NCBI GenBank assembly: GCA_043801585.1
Contig: JAZDLX010000140.1
Location: 1-13,188, forward strand
Length of the DNA: 13,188 bases
DNA from: a bacterium
GTDB taxonomy: Bacteria; Electryoneota; Electryoneia; Electryoneales; Electryoneaceae
Reading direction: 5' to 3'
A program made the translations under genes and the position numbers. The notes below the pieces were generated by a model that was not told the origin of the DNA, made no database searches, and was given only the letters and a program-made list of their open reading frames with translations. Within the stretch, counting starts at the first letter, position 1, and each line of letters opens with the position of its first letter. Below are positions 1 to 7,605 of this stretch, piece after piece.

Positions 1-147
1 CGCACCGGGGAGTTCCTTGTCAATCTGCTCAACGCGGGGATCCACGTAGACGTAGAATTTCTTCGAGGCGTAGGCGAGCCCACCCCCGAAAATCAGCCCC
101 ATCCCCCCCACCGAAGCAACCGCACCGAGAACCGAAATGTCAATCAT
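1..147 (-). CDS. rnfB: Rnf complex subunit B, 5' part only (runs off window edge; not in ORF track)
   Basis: Manual translation from ATG at 147: MIDISVLGAVASVGGMGLIFGGGLAYASKKFYVYVDPRVEQIDKELPGA. This has an N-terminal TM helix, KKF-x-V-x-x-DPR and the LPGA that precedes the first Cys cluster of RnfB. It follows rnfA as expected for rnfCDGEAB. Confidence 0.92.
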   Translation of the reverse strand, partial: MIDISVLGAVASVGGMGLIFGGGLAYASKKFYVYVDPRVEQIDKELPGA

Positions 148-167
148 GATCCGTCCAAGTTAACCGC

Positions 168-192
168 GCCGGGTTCGGAGACCCCGGCCTAC
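168..192 (-). repeat. GTAG-tagged REP-like imperfect palindrome
   Basis: Minus strand GTAG-GCCGGGGTCTCCGAACCCGGC: a GTAG tetranucleotide directly followed by a GC-rich stem (GCCGGG/CCCGGC). Single copy in the window. Confidence 0.5.
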
Positions 193-215
193 TTCCTTTA
201 GTAATAAAAACACTT

Positions 216-315
216 ACAGGATGTACAGGATTTGAAAAACGTTAAAAACAAGATTCCTTTTCTTCTTCTTTTCAATATCCTGTCCATCTTCTTCCGTTCA
301 TCCTGTTTATCCTGT
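216..315. repeat. Inverted repeat built from ACAGGAT/ATCCTGT units (MITE-like intergenic element)
   Basis: ACAGGATGTACAGGAT (216-231) is complementary at 14/16 to ATCCTGTTTATCCTGT (300-315); a further ATCCTGTCCATC lies at 277-288; the spacer is AT-rich. Confidence 0.7.
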
Positions 316-337
316 CAGAGATTCTTGCTCTTGCACT

Positions 338-943
338 CTACCCGACACTAAGACCGCTGAATCCGAGGAACGCGATGGCCATCAAGCCTGCCATCAGGAA
401 CGCGATGGGCACCCCCCGCAACGGTATCGGGACCTCCGCGGTGTCGAGCCGTTCACGGATGCCCGCCATCAGGATCAGGGCGAGGGTGAAACCCACACCT
501 GCCGAAGAGGCGTTGACCAGCGATTCGATCAGCGTGTAGTTCTCGTCGATGTTCAGCACCGCAACGCCGAGCACCGCGCAGTTCGTGGTGATCAGCGGCA
601 GGTAGATGCCCAGCGCCTGGTAGAGCGCCGGGGCGAGTTTCTGGATCACCATCTCGACAAACTGGACGAGGCTGGCGATGACGAGGATGAAGGCGATGGT
701 CCGCAGGAATGTCAGGTCCACTCCCCAGACACTCGTCGACGGTTCGAGCAGATAGTAGTAGATGAGCCACGATGCGAGGCTGGCGAGGGTCATCACGAAG
801 ATCACCGCCATCCCCATGCCGATCGCGCTCGACAGTTTCTTCGAGACCCCGATGTAGGGGCAGATGCCGAGGAACCGGGCGAGGACGAAGTTGTTGATCA
901 GGATCGAGCCGACGACGATCACCAACAGGTTCGAGAAGTCCAT
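338..943 (-). CDS. rnfA: Rnf electron transport complex subunit A
   Basis: NNFVLARFLGICPYIGVS and ALGIYLPLITTNCAVLG motifs; hydrophobic multi-TM protein; operon position. Confidence 0.97.
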   Translation of the reverse strand: MDFSNLLVIVVGSILINNFVLARFLGICPYIGVSKKLSSAIGMGMAVIFVMTLASLASWLIYYYLLEPSTSVWGVDLTFLRTIAFILVIASLVQFVEMVIQKLAPALYQALGIYLPLITTNCAVLGVAVLNIDENYTLIESLVNASSAGVGFTLALILMAGIRERLDTAEVPIPLRGVPIAFLMAGLMAIAFLGFSGLSVG

Positions 944-944
944 G

Positions 945-1598
945 CTACGCCTCCTTCCCGCTGCGGGTGAATCCGGCCTTCATCGCCGATTCCATCTTCT
1001 CCTTCTCCGCCTTGCGCTGATCCATCCAGTTGACGAATCCGAGCACCAGTCCCATCGTGATGAACGCTCCAGGAGCGAGCATCAGCAGCAGCACCGGCTC
1101 GAATCCCACCGGGGTGACGCTGATGCCGAGCCAGGTCCCGTTGCCAAGGATTTCGCGGACCGTGGCGATCACGATCAGCGCCAGGGTGAATCCGGCGCCC
1201 ATCCCGAGTCCGTCGATCACCGAGAGCAGCGGAGCATTCTTGCTCGCGAAGGCCTCCGCCCTACCGAGGATGATGCAGTTGACCACGATCAGCGGTACGA
1301 AAATGCCGAGTGCGCGGAAAAGATCCGGCTGGTAGGCGGCCATCACCATCTCGACGATTGAAACGAACGCCGCGATGATCACGATGTAGACCGGGATGCG
1401 GATTTTATCCGGCACAGCCTTGCGAACAATACTGATGAGGAAGTTGCTCATGACCAGCACAAAGGTCGCCGATATGCCCATGCCGACGGCATTTTCAACC
1501 GATGAGGAAACCGCCAGCGACGGGCACAACCCGAGCGCCAGCCGGAGAACAGGGTTCTCCTTGATCAGTCCCTTGGTGAACTCGCTTCGCATGCTCAT
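945..1598 (-). CDS. rnfE: Rnf electron transport complex subunit E
   Basis: ENPVLRLALGLCPSLAVS, IRIPVYIVIIA, LGIFVPLIVVNCIILGRAEAFA, PGAF motifs; ATGA overlap with rnfG. Confidence 0.97.
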   Translation of the reverse strand: MSMRSEFTKGLIKENPVLRLALGLCPSLAVSSSVENAVGMGISATFVLVMSNFLISIVRKAVPDKIRIPVYIVIIAAFVSIVEMVMAAYQPDLFRALGIFVPLIVVNCIILGRAEAFASKNAPLLSVIDGLGMGAGFTLALIVIATVREILGNGTWLGISVTPVGFEPVLLLMLAPGAFITMGLVLGFVNWMDQRKAEKEKMESAMKAGFTRSGKEA

Positions 1599-2242
1599 GG
1601 TTTTCTCTCCCCGGCCATCGAAGGTTCCGCGACCGTCGCCAGGGTGTCTGTGACTACAGGTGCGGCCATCGGAACCGGTTCATGCGCAATCGCCTCCTTC
1701 AGCTGCAACGCGGCTTTCCGCACCGAATTGGTGACTGCGCGCGAGGTGATCGTTGCGCCGGTGATCGCGTCGATGTCGCCGCGATCTTTCTTCACGGCCA
1801 GCGTGGTGGCATCCTTGCCGGTGAACTGCTGGAGGAACCACGGCGTGGCCTCCCCTTTGTGAACTTCCTGGGACTTTGTTCCGAGTCCGGGCGTTTCCAG
1901 CTGAAAAGTGATTTTCAATCCGGCGACATGGAGCGTGGTGTCGTATCCGGCGACGGTTTCGATGGTGCTGCTGTACCCCTTGCCCTTGGCGACGGTGACA
2001 TATCCAATCATTTCGCCGCGTTCGTCATAAGCCTTGTAGTACTCGAGACCGTTATCCGCAATCCTTTTCTCGAACCGGATGACGCCCAGCGAGCGCATTA
2101 CCTCAACCCGCGCCTGTTCCTGTTCGAGAGCCCTGTTCTGGGCGATCACCGGCGCGGTCTGGGTGTTGAGCAGAGCCAGTCCGCCCGAGGCGAGGGCTGC
2201 GATCAGCATCAGGATCAAGCCCAGTCTGACGATCAGCATCAT
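1595..2242 (-). CDS. rnfG: Rnf electron transport complex subunit G (covalent FMN)
   Basis: N-terminal TM anchor, GKGY, ETPGLG and the FMNylation motif DAITGATITS; ATGA overlap with the rnfD stop. Confidence 0.96.
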   Translation of the reverse strand: MMLIVRLGLILMLIAALASGGLALLNTQTAPVIAQNRALEQEQARVEVMRSLGVIRFEKRIADNGLEYYKAYDERGEMIGYVTVAKGKGYSSTIETVAGYDTTLHVAGLKITFQLETPGLGTKSQEVHKGEATPWFLQQFTGKDATTLAVKKDRGDIDAITGATITSRAVTNSVRKAALQLKEAIAHEPVPMAAPVVTDTLATVAEPSMAGERKP

Positions 2243-3456
2243 GCACCCCCTGCCGCTGCTGCGGCCCCTTTCTTCGGATCATGCCCGAACCGGCGCGGCA
2301 CGGTCCAGCGGTCGATCAACGGAGTCACCAGGTTCATCAGCAGGATGGCGTAGCTGACCCCTTCGGGATACCCTCCGATGAGACGGATCATGATCGTGAG
2401 AACGCCTGCTCCGGCCCCGAAAATGAAATGGCCTTTCTTAGTGATCGGAGTGGTGACCATGTCGGTGGCCATGAAGAACGCGCCGAGAATCAGGCCTCCT
2501 GAGAAGATTTCAAACAGGACGTCGCCGCCGAGCAGCTCCTCGCCGCCGAACATCCATCCTCCGAGGGCGACGACACCGATGAACGCGAAGGGCGTGCGCC
2601 AGTCGATGTAGTTCTTGTACAACAGATACGCCGCACCGACGAACAGCAACAGTGCAGATGTTTCACCGATGCAGCCGCCCACCGTGCCGATGGCCAGATC
2701 GACCACATGCTGGCCGGTGCTGTGCAATTGGTCGAGCGCCTGGGAGACGATGTTGACCGGGAGGTTCGCCTGGTCCCAGACGGTTTTCAACGCTGTCTTC
2801 CGCACTTCGAGGGGCGTGGCGAAACTGACGCCGTCGACAAGGATCGCCTGCGGGTTTACCTGCCAGGTGAAGAACGAGAAGCCTTCGCGCTTCCACCAGA
2901 ATGCGGGGAGCCAGTCTTTCGTCATGTGCAGCGGCCAGCTCGCAAGAAGGAAAGCCCGTCCGACCAGAGCGGGGTTCATCGGATTCCACCCAAGACCGCC
3001 GAAGGGCATCTTGGCGATCGAAATCGCAAACACCGATCCGGCAACCGGAATCCACCATGGAACTCCGGGCGGGATGTTGAAGCTGACCAGCACACCTGTC
3101 AGCAAGGCTGATCCATCGCCGATAGTCACCTGCATTTTGAAGATGCGTTCAACCAGCCACTCGGTGAACACCGCCGCCAACGCTCCGAGCAGGATCAGCC
3201 AGAGCGCGCGCAATCCAAACACCCAGGTCGCCCCGAGAGCGGCGGGCACAAGGGTCAGCGTGACCGTGATCATGATCCGCGAAACCGATTCCGTATCCCT
3301 TATATGGGGGGATGAGGACAGTGTGAAGCGACGGGGAACCGGTTTCGCAACGGCCGCAGCCGGTGCAGGTTCAGGTTTCTTTTCAGCTGGTGCGGCGGGC
3401 GTTTCCGGCTTCCCGCCTCCCTCAGGCTGAGGTGCTGTATCCCTGGGAGTTTCCAT
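2239..3456 (-). CDS. rnfD: Rnf electron transport complex subunit D
   Basis: SSSPHI, FGGLGWNPMNPALVGRAFL, DGVSFATPL (FMN-Thr site), GGCIGETS, FFMATDMVTTP, GGYPEGVSYAILLMN. ATG at 3456 preferred (GGGGTG upstream); GTG at 3465 is the alternative start. Confidence 0.96.
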   Translation of the reverse strand: METPRDTAPQPEGGGKPETPAAPAEKKPEPAPAAAVAKPVPRRFTLSSSPHIRDTESVSRIMITVTLTLVPAALGATWVFGLRALWLILLGALAAVFTEWLVERIFKMQVTIGDGSALLTGVLVSFNIPPGVPWWIPVAGSVFAISIAKMPFGGLGWNPMNPALVGRAFLLASWPLHMTKDWLPAFWWKREGFSFFTWQVNPQAILVDGVSFATPLEVRKTALKTVWDQANLPVNIVSQALDQLHSTGQHVVDLAIGTVGGCIGETSALLLFVGAAYLLYKNYIDWRTPFAFIGVVALGGWMFGGEELLGGDVLFEIFSGGLILGAFFMATDMVTTPITKKGHFIFGAGAGVLTIMIRLIGGYPEGVSYAILLMNLVTPLIDRWTVPRRFGHDPKKGAAAAAGGA

Positions 3457-3471
3457 CCCTGCCACCCCTTG

Positions 3472-4809
3472 TCAGGCTGTTTTCTTCTGTAGCTGTTTAC
3501 GGCGTGCCGCCGCAATGGAGGCCTTGCCGAATCGAATGTGCTGCACGAGATTTCGTTTCGCCGGACAGATGTAGGTGCAGGACCCGCACTCGATGCATTC
3601 CGACGCACCCAACTGTTCCGCCTCGTCAAACATCTCGAGCTGGCTGAACCGGGCGATGTTCGTCGGCAGCAGGAACACCGGACAGACGGACACGCAGCGG
3701 CCACACCCGATGCAGGGTTGCTCCTTGCCAAGTTTCGCATCGCTTTTATTGAGGACGACAATGCCGCTCGTCCCCTTGACTACGGGCACGGCGTCCGTCC
3801 ACTGAGCCAGTCCCATCATCGGACCGCCCATCAGCAGCTTGGTTGCATGTTCCGTGTACCCGCCGACGGCTTCAATCAGCTCCGCGAACGGCGTTCCGAT
3901 TTTCGCGATCACATTCGTCGGCTTCCTCACCCCTGAACCGGTGACCGTGACATACCGCTCGATCAGAGGCCGGTTGTAGCGTACCGCTTCGTAAATCGCG
4001 ACGCAGGAGCCAACATTCTGCACGAGACAGCCGACATCCATCGGCAATCCTGGAGGGGGCGGCACCTCACGGCCGGTAAGCGCGTTGATCAACTGCTTTT
4101 CCGCGCCCTGCGGATACTTTACAGGCAGCATCTCGACGCTGATGATGGTGAATTCCGTGACGGCCTTTTTCAGCGTTTCGTAGGCATCCGACTTGTTGTT
4201 CTCGAGGGCGATGACGATGTTCCCCGCGCCGACAGCTTTCGCCACAAGCATCGCACCGCGGATGATGTCATCGGGACGTTCGAGCATCAAACGGTGATCG
4301 CTGGTCAGGTAGGGTTCACATTCCGCACCGTTGATAATCACGGTATCGATGAACTTGTCCTTGGGTGGACTTAATTTCACATGCGTCGGGAACGCCGCAC
4401 CCCCCATCCCTGCCAATCCGGCATTCTTCACCCGTTCACGGATCTCCTCGGGGCTGGCGTCCTGCCAGCCGGGATTCTCCCCGATCCCTTCGAACCAGGC
4501 ATTTTCCCCGTCCGCTTCAATGGTTATCGTGGAAAGCTCACGGCCCACGGGATTTGCGTAGTTGCCGATGTCCTTGACCGTACCGCTGATGCTGGAGTGC
4601 ACCGCAACGCTGACAAAACCGCCCGGTTCAGTCAACGGTTGGCCGACCTTGACCTTGTCCCCCTTCGCTACGATCGCATTGCCGGGAGCGCCGATGTGCT
4701 GACTCACAGGGATGTGCACGACCTGCGGTTCCGGCATCCGTTCTGCTTTTCTGCCCGCCGTGAGTTTGAACTCCGGTGGATGTGTGCCCCCGCGAAAGGT
4801 TTTCTTCAC
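3472..4809 (-). CDS. rnfC: Rnf electron transport complex subunit C
   Basis: TFRGGTHP, QHIGAP, GLAGMGGAAFPTHVK, NGAECEPYLTSD, KYPQGAEKQL, GGPMMG and two ferredoxin motifs (CIGCGRCVSVCP, CIECGSCTYICP); GTG start overlaps the nrdR stop. Confidence 0.97.
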   Translation of the reverse strand: MKKTFRGGTHPPEFKLTAGRKAERMPEPQVVHIPVSQHIGAPGNAIVAKGDKVKVGQPLTEPGGFVSVAVHSSISGTVKDIGNYANPVGRELSTITIEADGENAWFEGIGENPGWQDASPEEIRERVKNAGLAGMGGAAFPTHVKLSPPKDKFIDTVIINGAECEPYLTSDHRLMLERPDDIIRGAMLVAKAVGAGNIVIALENNKSDAYETLKKAVTEFTIISVEMLPVKYPQGAEKQLINALTGREVPPPPGLPMDVGCLVQNVGSCVAIYEAVRYNRPLIERYVTVTGSGVRKPTNVIAKIGTPFAELIEAVGGYTEHATKLLMGGPMMGLAQWTDAVPVVKGTSGIVVLNKSDAKLGKEQPCIGCGRCVSVCPVFLLPTNIARFSQLEMFDEAEQLGASECIECGSCTYICPAKRNLVQHIRFGKASIAAARRKQLQKKTA

Positions 4810-5252
4810 GTTAGCCTCTTGACCTCTTGTGTAAACGCCCCGGCGTCCTCGAACCGTCGATACACGGACGCGTAGCGGATATACGCAACTTCATCGAGCT
4901 TGCGAAGGCCCTTCATCACCAGTTCGCCAATCTCGCGGCTGGTCACTTCCTTCTCGGCCCGGGAAGACAGCTCCAGTTCAACGGATGAGACCAGCTCATC
5001 CAGATCATCCATCGAAACCGGCCGTTTTGCGGCAGCGAGACGGATTCCCGCGACGAGTTTGTTGCGGTCGAACTCAACCACGCTGCCGTCCCGCTTCTTC
5101 ACCTGCAGCGCGATCTCTTCCACGTACTCATAGGTAGTATAACGGTTGCCGCAACTCAGGCACTCCCGGCGTCGGCGCACCGAACGTTCGTCACGGGAGG
5201 GCCGGCTGTCGATCACTTTGTCTTCCGTCGCACCGCAAAACGGACACCTCAT
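4806..5252 (-). CDS. nrdR: Transcriptional repressor NrdR
   Basis: MRCPFC...VIDSR...RRRRECLSCGNRYTTYE zinc ribbon, ATP cone (VKKRDG...FDRNKL) and DEVAYIRYASVYR. Confidence 0.98.
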   Translation of the reverse strand: MRCPFCGATEDKVIDSRPSRDERSVRRRRECLSCGNRYTTYEYVEEIALQVKKRDGSVVEFDRNKLVAGIRLAAAKRPVSMDDLDELVSSVELELSSRAEKEVTSREIGELVMKGLRKLDEVAYIRYASVYRRFEDAGAFTQEVKRLT

Positions 5253-5362
5253 GCGGCATCCTCACCAGCATCTCGTTGTTTTTCTAACAATTTCAAACCT
5301 TTACAGAACCATCATAGGCAGGGCATCGTCGCCCGGGACCCGGATCGAACCAGCACACCCTT

Positions 5363-5382
5363 TACGTGACATCCTTCACACA
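5363..5382. promoter_or_regulatory. Candidate Rex- or CRP/FNR-family operator upstream of nrdR-rnf
   Basis: TACGTGACATCCTTCACACA contains CGTGA-N6-TCACA (9/10 match to TGTGA-N6-TCACA), about 110 nt upstream of the nrdR start. Confidence 0.4.
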
Positions 5383-5438
5383 TACTACAATTAAGAATGC
5401 AAGCTATTCCATGAATTAGGCGAGGTTAAGGGGCCCGC

Positions 5439-6746
5439 TTACCAGGTGAAATGCGGGAACGATGCCGCCATCTCCTTCACCTCGACGCGTACGCTGTCCT
5501 GCAGCTTCTCGTTTTCAATATCATTCAGGACGTTCTCGATCCATGCGGCGATTATTTTCATCTCATCCGTACCCATGCCGCGTGTGGTCAGAGCGGGCGT
5601 GCCGATGCGAATCCCGCTGGTTTTGAACGGAGATCTTGTGTCCCCCGGCACCATGTTTTTATTCGTTGTAATGCCGGCATTCTCCAGCGCCCGTTCGGCG
5701 TCCTTGCCAGTGAACTCCCGCGAACGGAGGTCCATCAGCATCAGGTGGTTGTCCGTGCCGCCGGAGACGAGATCGAAGCCACGGGCGATCAATTCCTCAG
5801 CCAGCACCTTCGCGTTCTCGAGGACCCTGCCGATGTACGTCTTGAACTCCGGCTGCAATGCCTCTTTGAGGGCAACGGCTTTCGCGGCAATGATGTGCAT
5901 CAGGGGGCCGCCCTGCAGTCCCGGGAAGGTGACGGAATCGATCGCTTCCGTGACGGTTTTCGGTTTGGGCATGCCCGCCAGCAGAATCTCCCCGCCTTCG
6001 TAACTGGAAAGGATCATTCCGCCGCGTGGTCCACGAAGTGTTTTGTGAGTTGTCGTAGTCACCGCATGGCAATGGGGAATCGGATCGGGATGCATCTTCG
6101 TTGCGACCTGACCGGCGACATGTGCGATGTCGGCAACCAGCCACGCCCCCACCTCATCGGCGATCTCGCGGAATTTCGCATAGTCCCAGAAACGGGGGTA
6201 GGCGGACGCTCCGGTCATGATCAGCCGCGGTTTCACTTCGCGGGCCATCTTCGCCACGGCGTCCATGTCAAGACATCCCGTCTCCATGTCCACTTCGTAG
6301 GCGTGCACCTCATAGAAACGGCCGGAAACGTTCACCGGACTGCCGTGAGTGAGGTGGCCGCCATGGTTGAGGTGCAACCCCATCACCGGGATCTTCTTCC
6401 CACCTTCCTTGAATGGATCGAGCAGGGCGAAATAGACGGCCTGGTTTGCCTGGGATCCGCTGTGCGGCTGGACGTTGGCCCAGGTCGCAGCAAACAGTTC
6501 TTTTGCTCTGTCGCGGGCAAGCTCCTCCGCTTCATCCACATACGTACAGCCGCCGTAATAACGCTTCTTCGGATACCCCTCCGCGTACTTGTTGGTCATT
6601 ACGGAACCGGCCGCTTCCATGACTGCGGGACTGACGATGTTCTCTGAAGCGATCATTTCGAGGGTTTCGGTCTGGCGAATCAACTCGTTGTCGATGGATC
6701 GAGCGATGTCGGGATCGAAGGTTTTAAGTTGTTCGGGCGACTGCAT
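5439..6746 (-). CDS. glyA: Serine hydroxymethyltransferase
   Basis: [42 protein letters not shown], the PLP-lysine motif [35 protein letters not shown]. Confidence 0.99.
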   Translation of the reverse strand: MQSPEQLKTFDPDIARSIDNELIRQTETLEMIASENIVSPAVMEAAGSVMTNKYAEGYPKKRYYGGCTYVDEAEELARDRAKELFAATWANVQPHSGSQANQAVYFALLDPFKEGGKKIPVMGLHLNHGGHLTHGSPVNVSGRFYEVHAYEVDMETGCLDMDAVAKMAREVKPRLIMTGASAYPRFWDYAKFREIADEVGAWLVADIAHVAGQVATKMHPDPIPHCHAVTTTTHKTLRGPRGGMILSSYEGGEILLAGMPKPKTVTEAIDSVTFPGLQGGPLMHIIAAKAVALKEALQPEFKTYIGRVLENAKVLAEELIARGFDLVSGGTDNHLMLMDLRSREFTGKDAERALENAGITTNKNMVPGDTRSPFKTSGIRIGTPALTTRGMGTDEMKIIAAWIENVLNDIENEKLQDSVRVEVKEMAASFPHFTW

Positions 6747-6812
6747 GACATTCCCCGCGTCAGGTGGAACCGGACTGTCTGTCTGCGCTTATAATACACG
6801 CAACGAAGCGAT

Positions 6813-6821
6813 AATATAACA
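6813..6821 (-). promoter_or_regulatory. Possible extended -10 promoter for glyA
   Basis: Minus strand TGtTATATT (TGn + 5/6 TATAAT) about 67 nt upstream of the glyA ATG; a second TATTAT lies at 6791-6796. Confidence 0.3.
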
Positions 6822-7038
6822 CGTTTCCCCTGCGTATGCCGGACCTGCGCTCGGAGTTAGCAGTCAAATAATTAAGAGTTTGCAATCAATAAGGAGGGAA
6901 TGCTGCGGCACCGGTGAAGAGAGATCATGGGGCATTTACTCCCCGTGTTTGATGCATGTCCAGTTCTACATACTTCCAGAATTCTGCCTGTTCGTCGTTG
7001 TAGTCAGCAAACCGATCAAGAATCACAAAAACACCAAT

Positions 7039-7061
7039 TAAATAGGGACAGTCCCTATTTA
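7039..7061. repeat. Perfect 23-bp palindrome (REP-like element or operator)
   Basis: TAAATAGGGAC-A-GTCCCTATTTA, 11-bp arms with a 1-nt centre, 18 nt past the rpiB stop. Confidence 0.75.
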
Positions 7062-7079
7062 GCTGCTAATTTTGAGTGT

Positions 7080-7526
7080 TCAGCCGCGCTCGTTGTCAAC
7101 ATCGTTGATCTTGCCCACTCTGCGTTCGTGCCGTTCGCCGCCCCGTGTGGCTATCAGCCAGGCATGAACGGCAGCCCAGGCGGTATCCAGAGAGGTTGTG
7201 CGTCCCCCTAATGCGACCATGTTGGCGAAATTATGCTCTGCAGCGAGACGTCCCTCTTCCTCGCTGTTGATCTTGGCACAGCGGATTCCCTTAACCTTGT
7301 TTGCGGCGATGGACATTCCAATCCCGGTGCCGCAAAGAAGAATGCCGCCATCAAAGATACCATCCGCAACAAGGCTGGCCGCTCGAAAGGCATAATCAGG
7401 ATAATCAACGCTTTCCGTGCCGTGCGTGCCGATGTCTTCAACCTCGTACCCTGCGTCCTTGAGCAACGATACGAGGCTGTCTTTCAATTCAGCGCCACCA
7501 TGATCGGCGGCAAGGACCAGTTTCAT
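7080..7526 (-). CDS. rpiB: Ribose-5-phosphate isomerase B
   Basis: AADHGG, SVDYPD, catalytic CGTGIGMSIAANKVKGIR, EHNFAN, ERHERRV; conserved rpiB-glyA adjacency. Confidence 0.97.
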   Translation of the reverse strand: MKLVLAADHGGAELKDSLVSLLKDAGYEVEDIGTHGTESVDYPDYAFRAASLVADGIFDGGILLCGTGIGMSIAANKVKGIRCAKINSEEEGRLAAEHNFANMVALGGRTTSLDTAWAAVHAWLIATRGGERHERRVGKINDVDNERG

Positions 7527-7548
7527 TTTTTCTCCCCGGGAAAAGGCG

Positions 7549-7584
7549 AGGGGGAATCAGGGGCTCACCCCACTGATTCCCCCT
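7549..7584 (-). terminator. Strong stem-loop after the TPR gene, possible intrinsic terminator or mRNA stabiliser
   Basis: Minus strand AGGGGGAATCAG-tg-GGG-tgag-CCC-CTGATTCCCCCT followed by CGCCTTTT; the U tract is short and displaced from the stem. Confidence 0.5.
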
Positions 7585-7605
7585 TAACATGGAAATTTTT
7601 CGATG

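Noticed and set aside
5253..5438. NrdR box (autoregulation) upstream of nrdR
   Set aside because: No convincing match to the acaCwAtATaTwGtgt consensus, nor a tandem pair.
5451..6647. 398-aa plus-strand ORF antisense to glyA (similarly 2615-3430, 1682-2353, 11797-12684 and other plus-strand ORFs over rnf, rpiB and amrS)
   Set aside because: Shadow ORFs expected opposite GC-rich genes with biased codon usage; no recognisable motifs, and they overlap clearly identified genes.
6747..7079. ZMP/ZTP, glycine or THF riboswitch upstream of glyA
   Set aside because: I could not see the conserved cores of these riboswitches by eye; an Rfam scan would be needed to exclude them fully.
6927..7211. 94-aa plus-strand ORF and the AAGGAGG-ATG mini-ORF (MLRHR*) at about 6890-6917
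   Set aside because: The longer ORF runs antisense into rpiB and has no motifs; the mini-ORF has only five codons and no supporting context.
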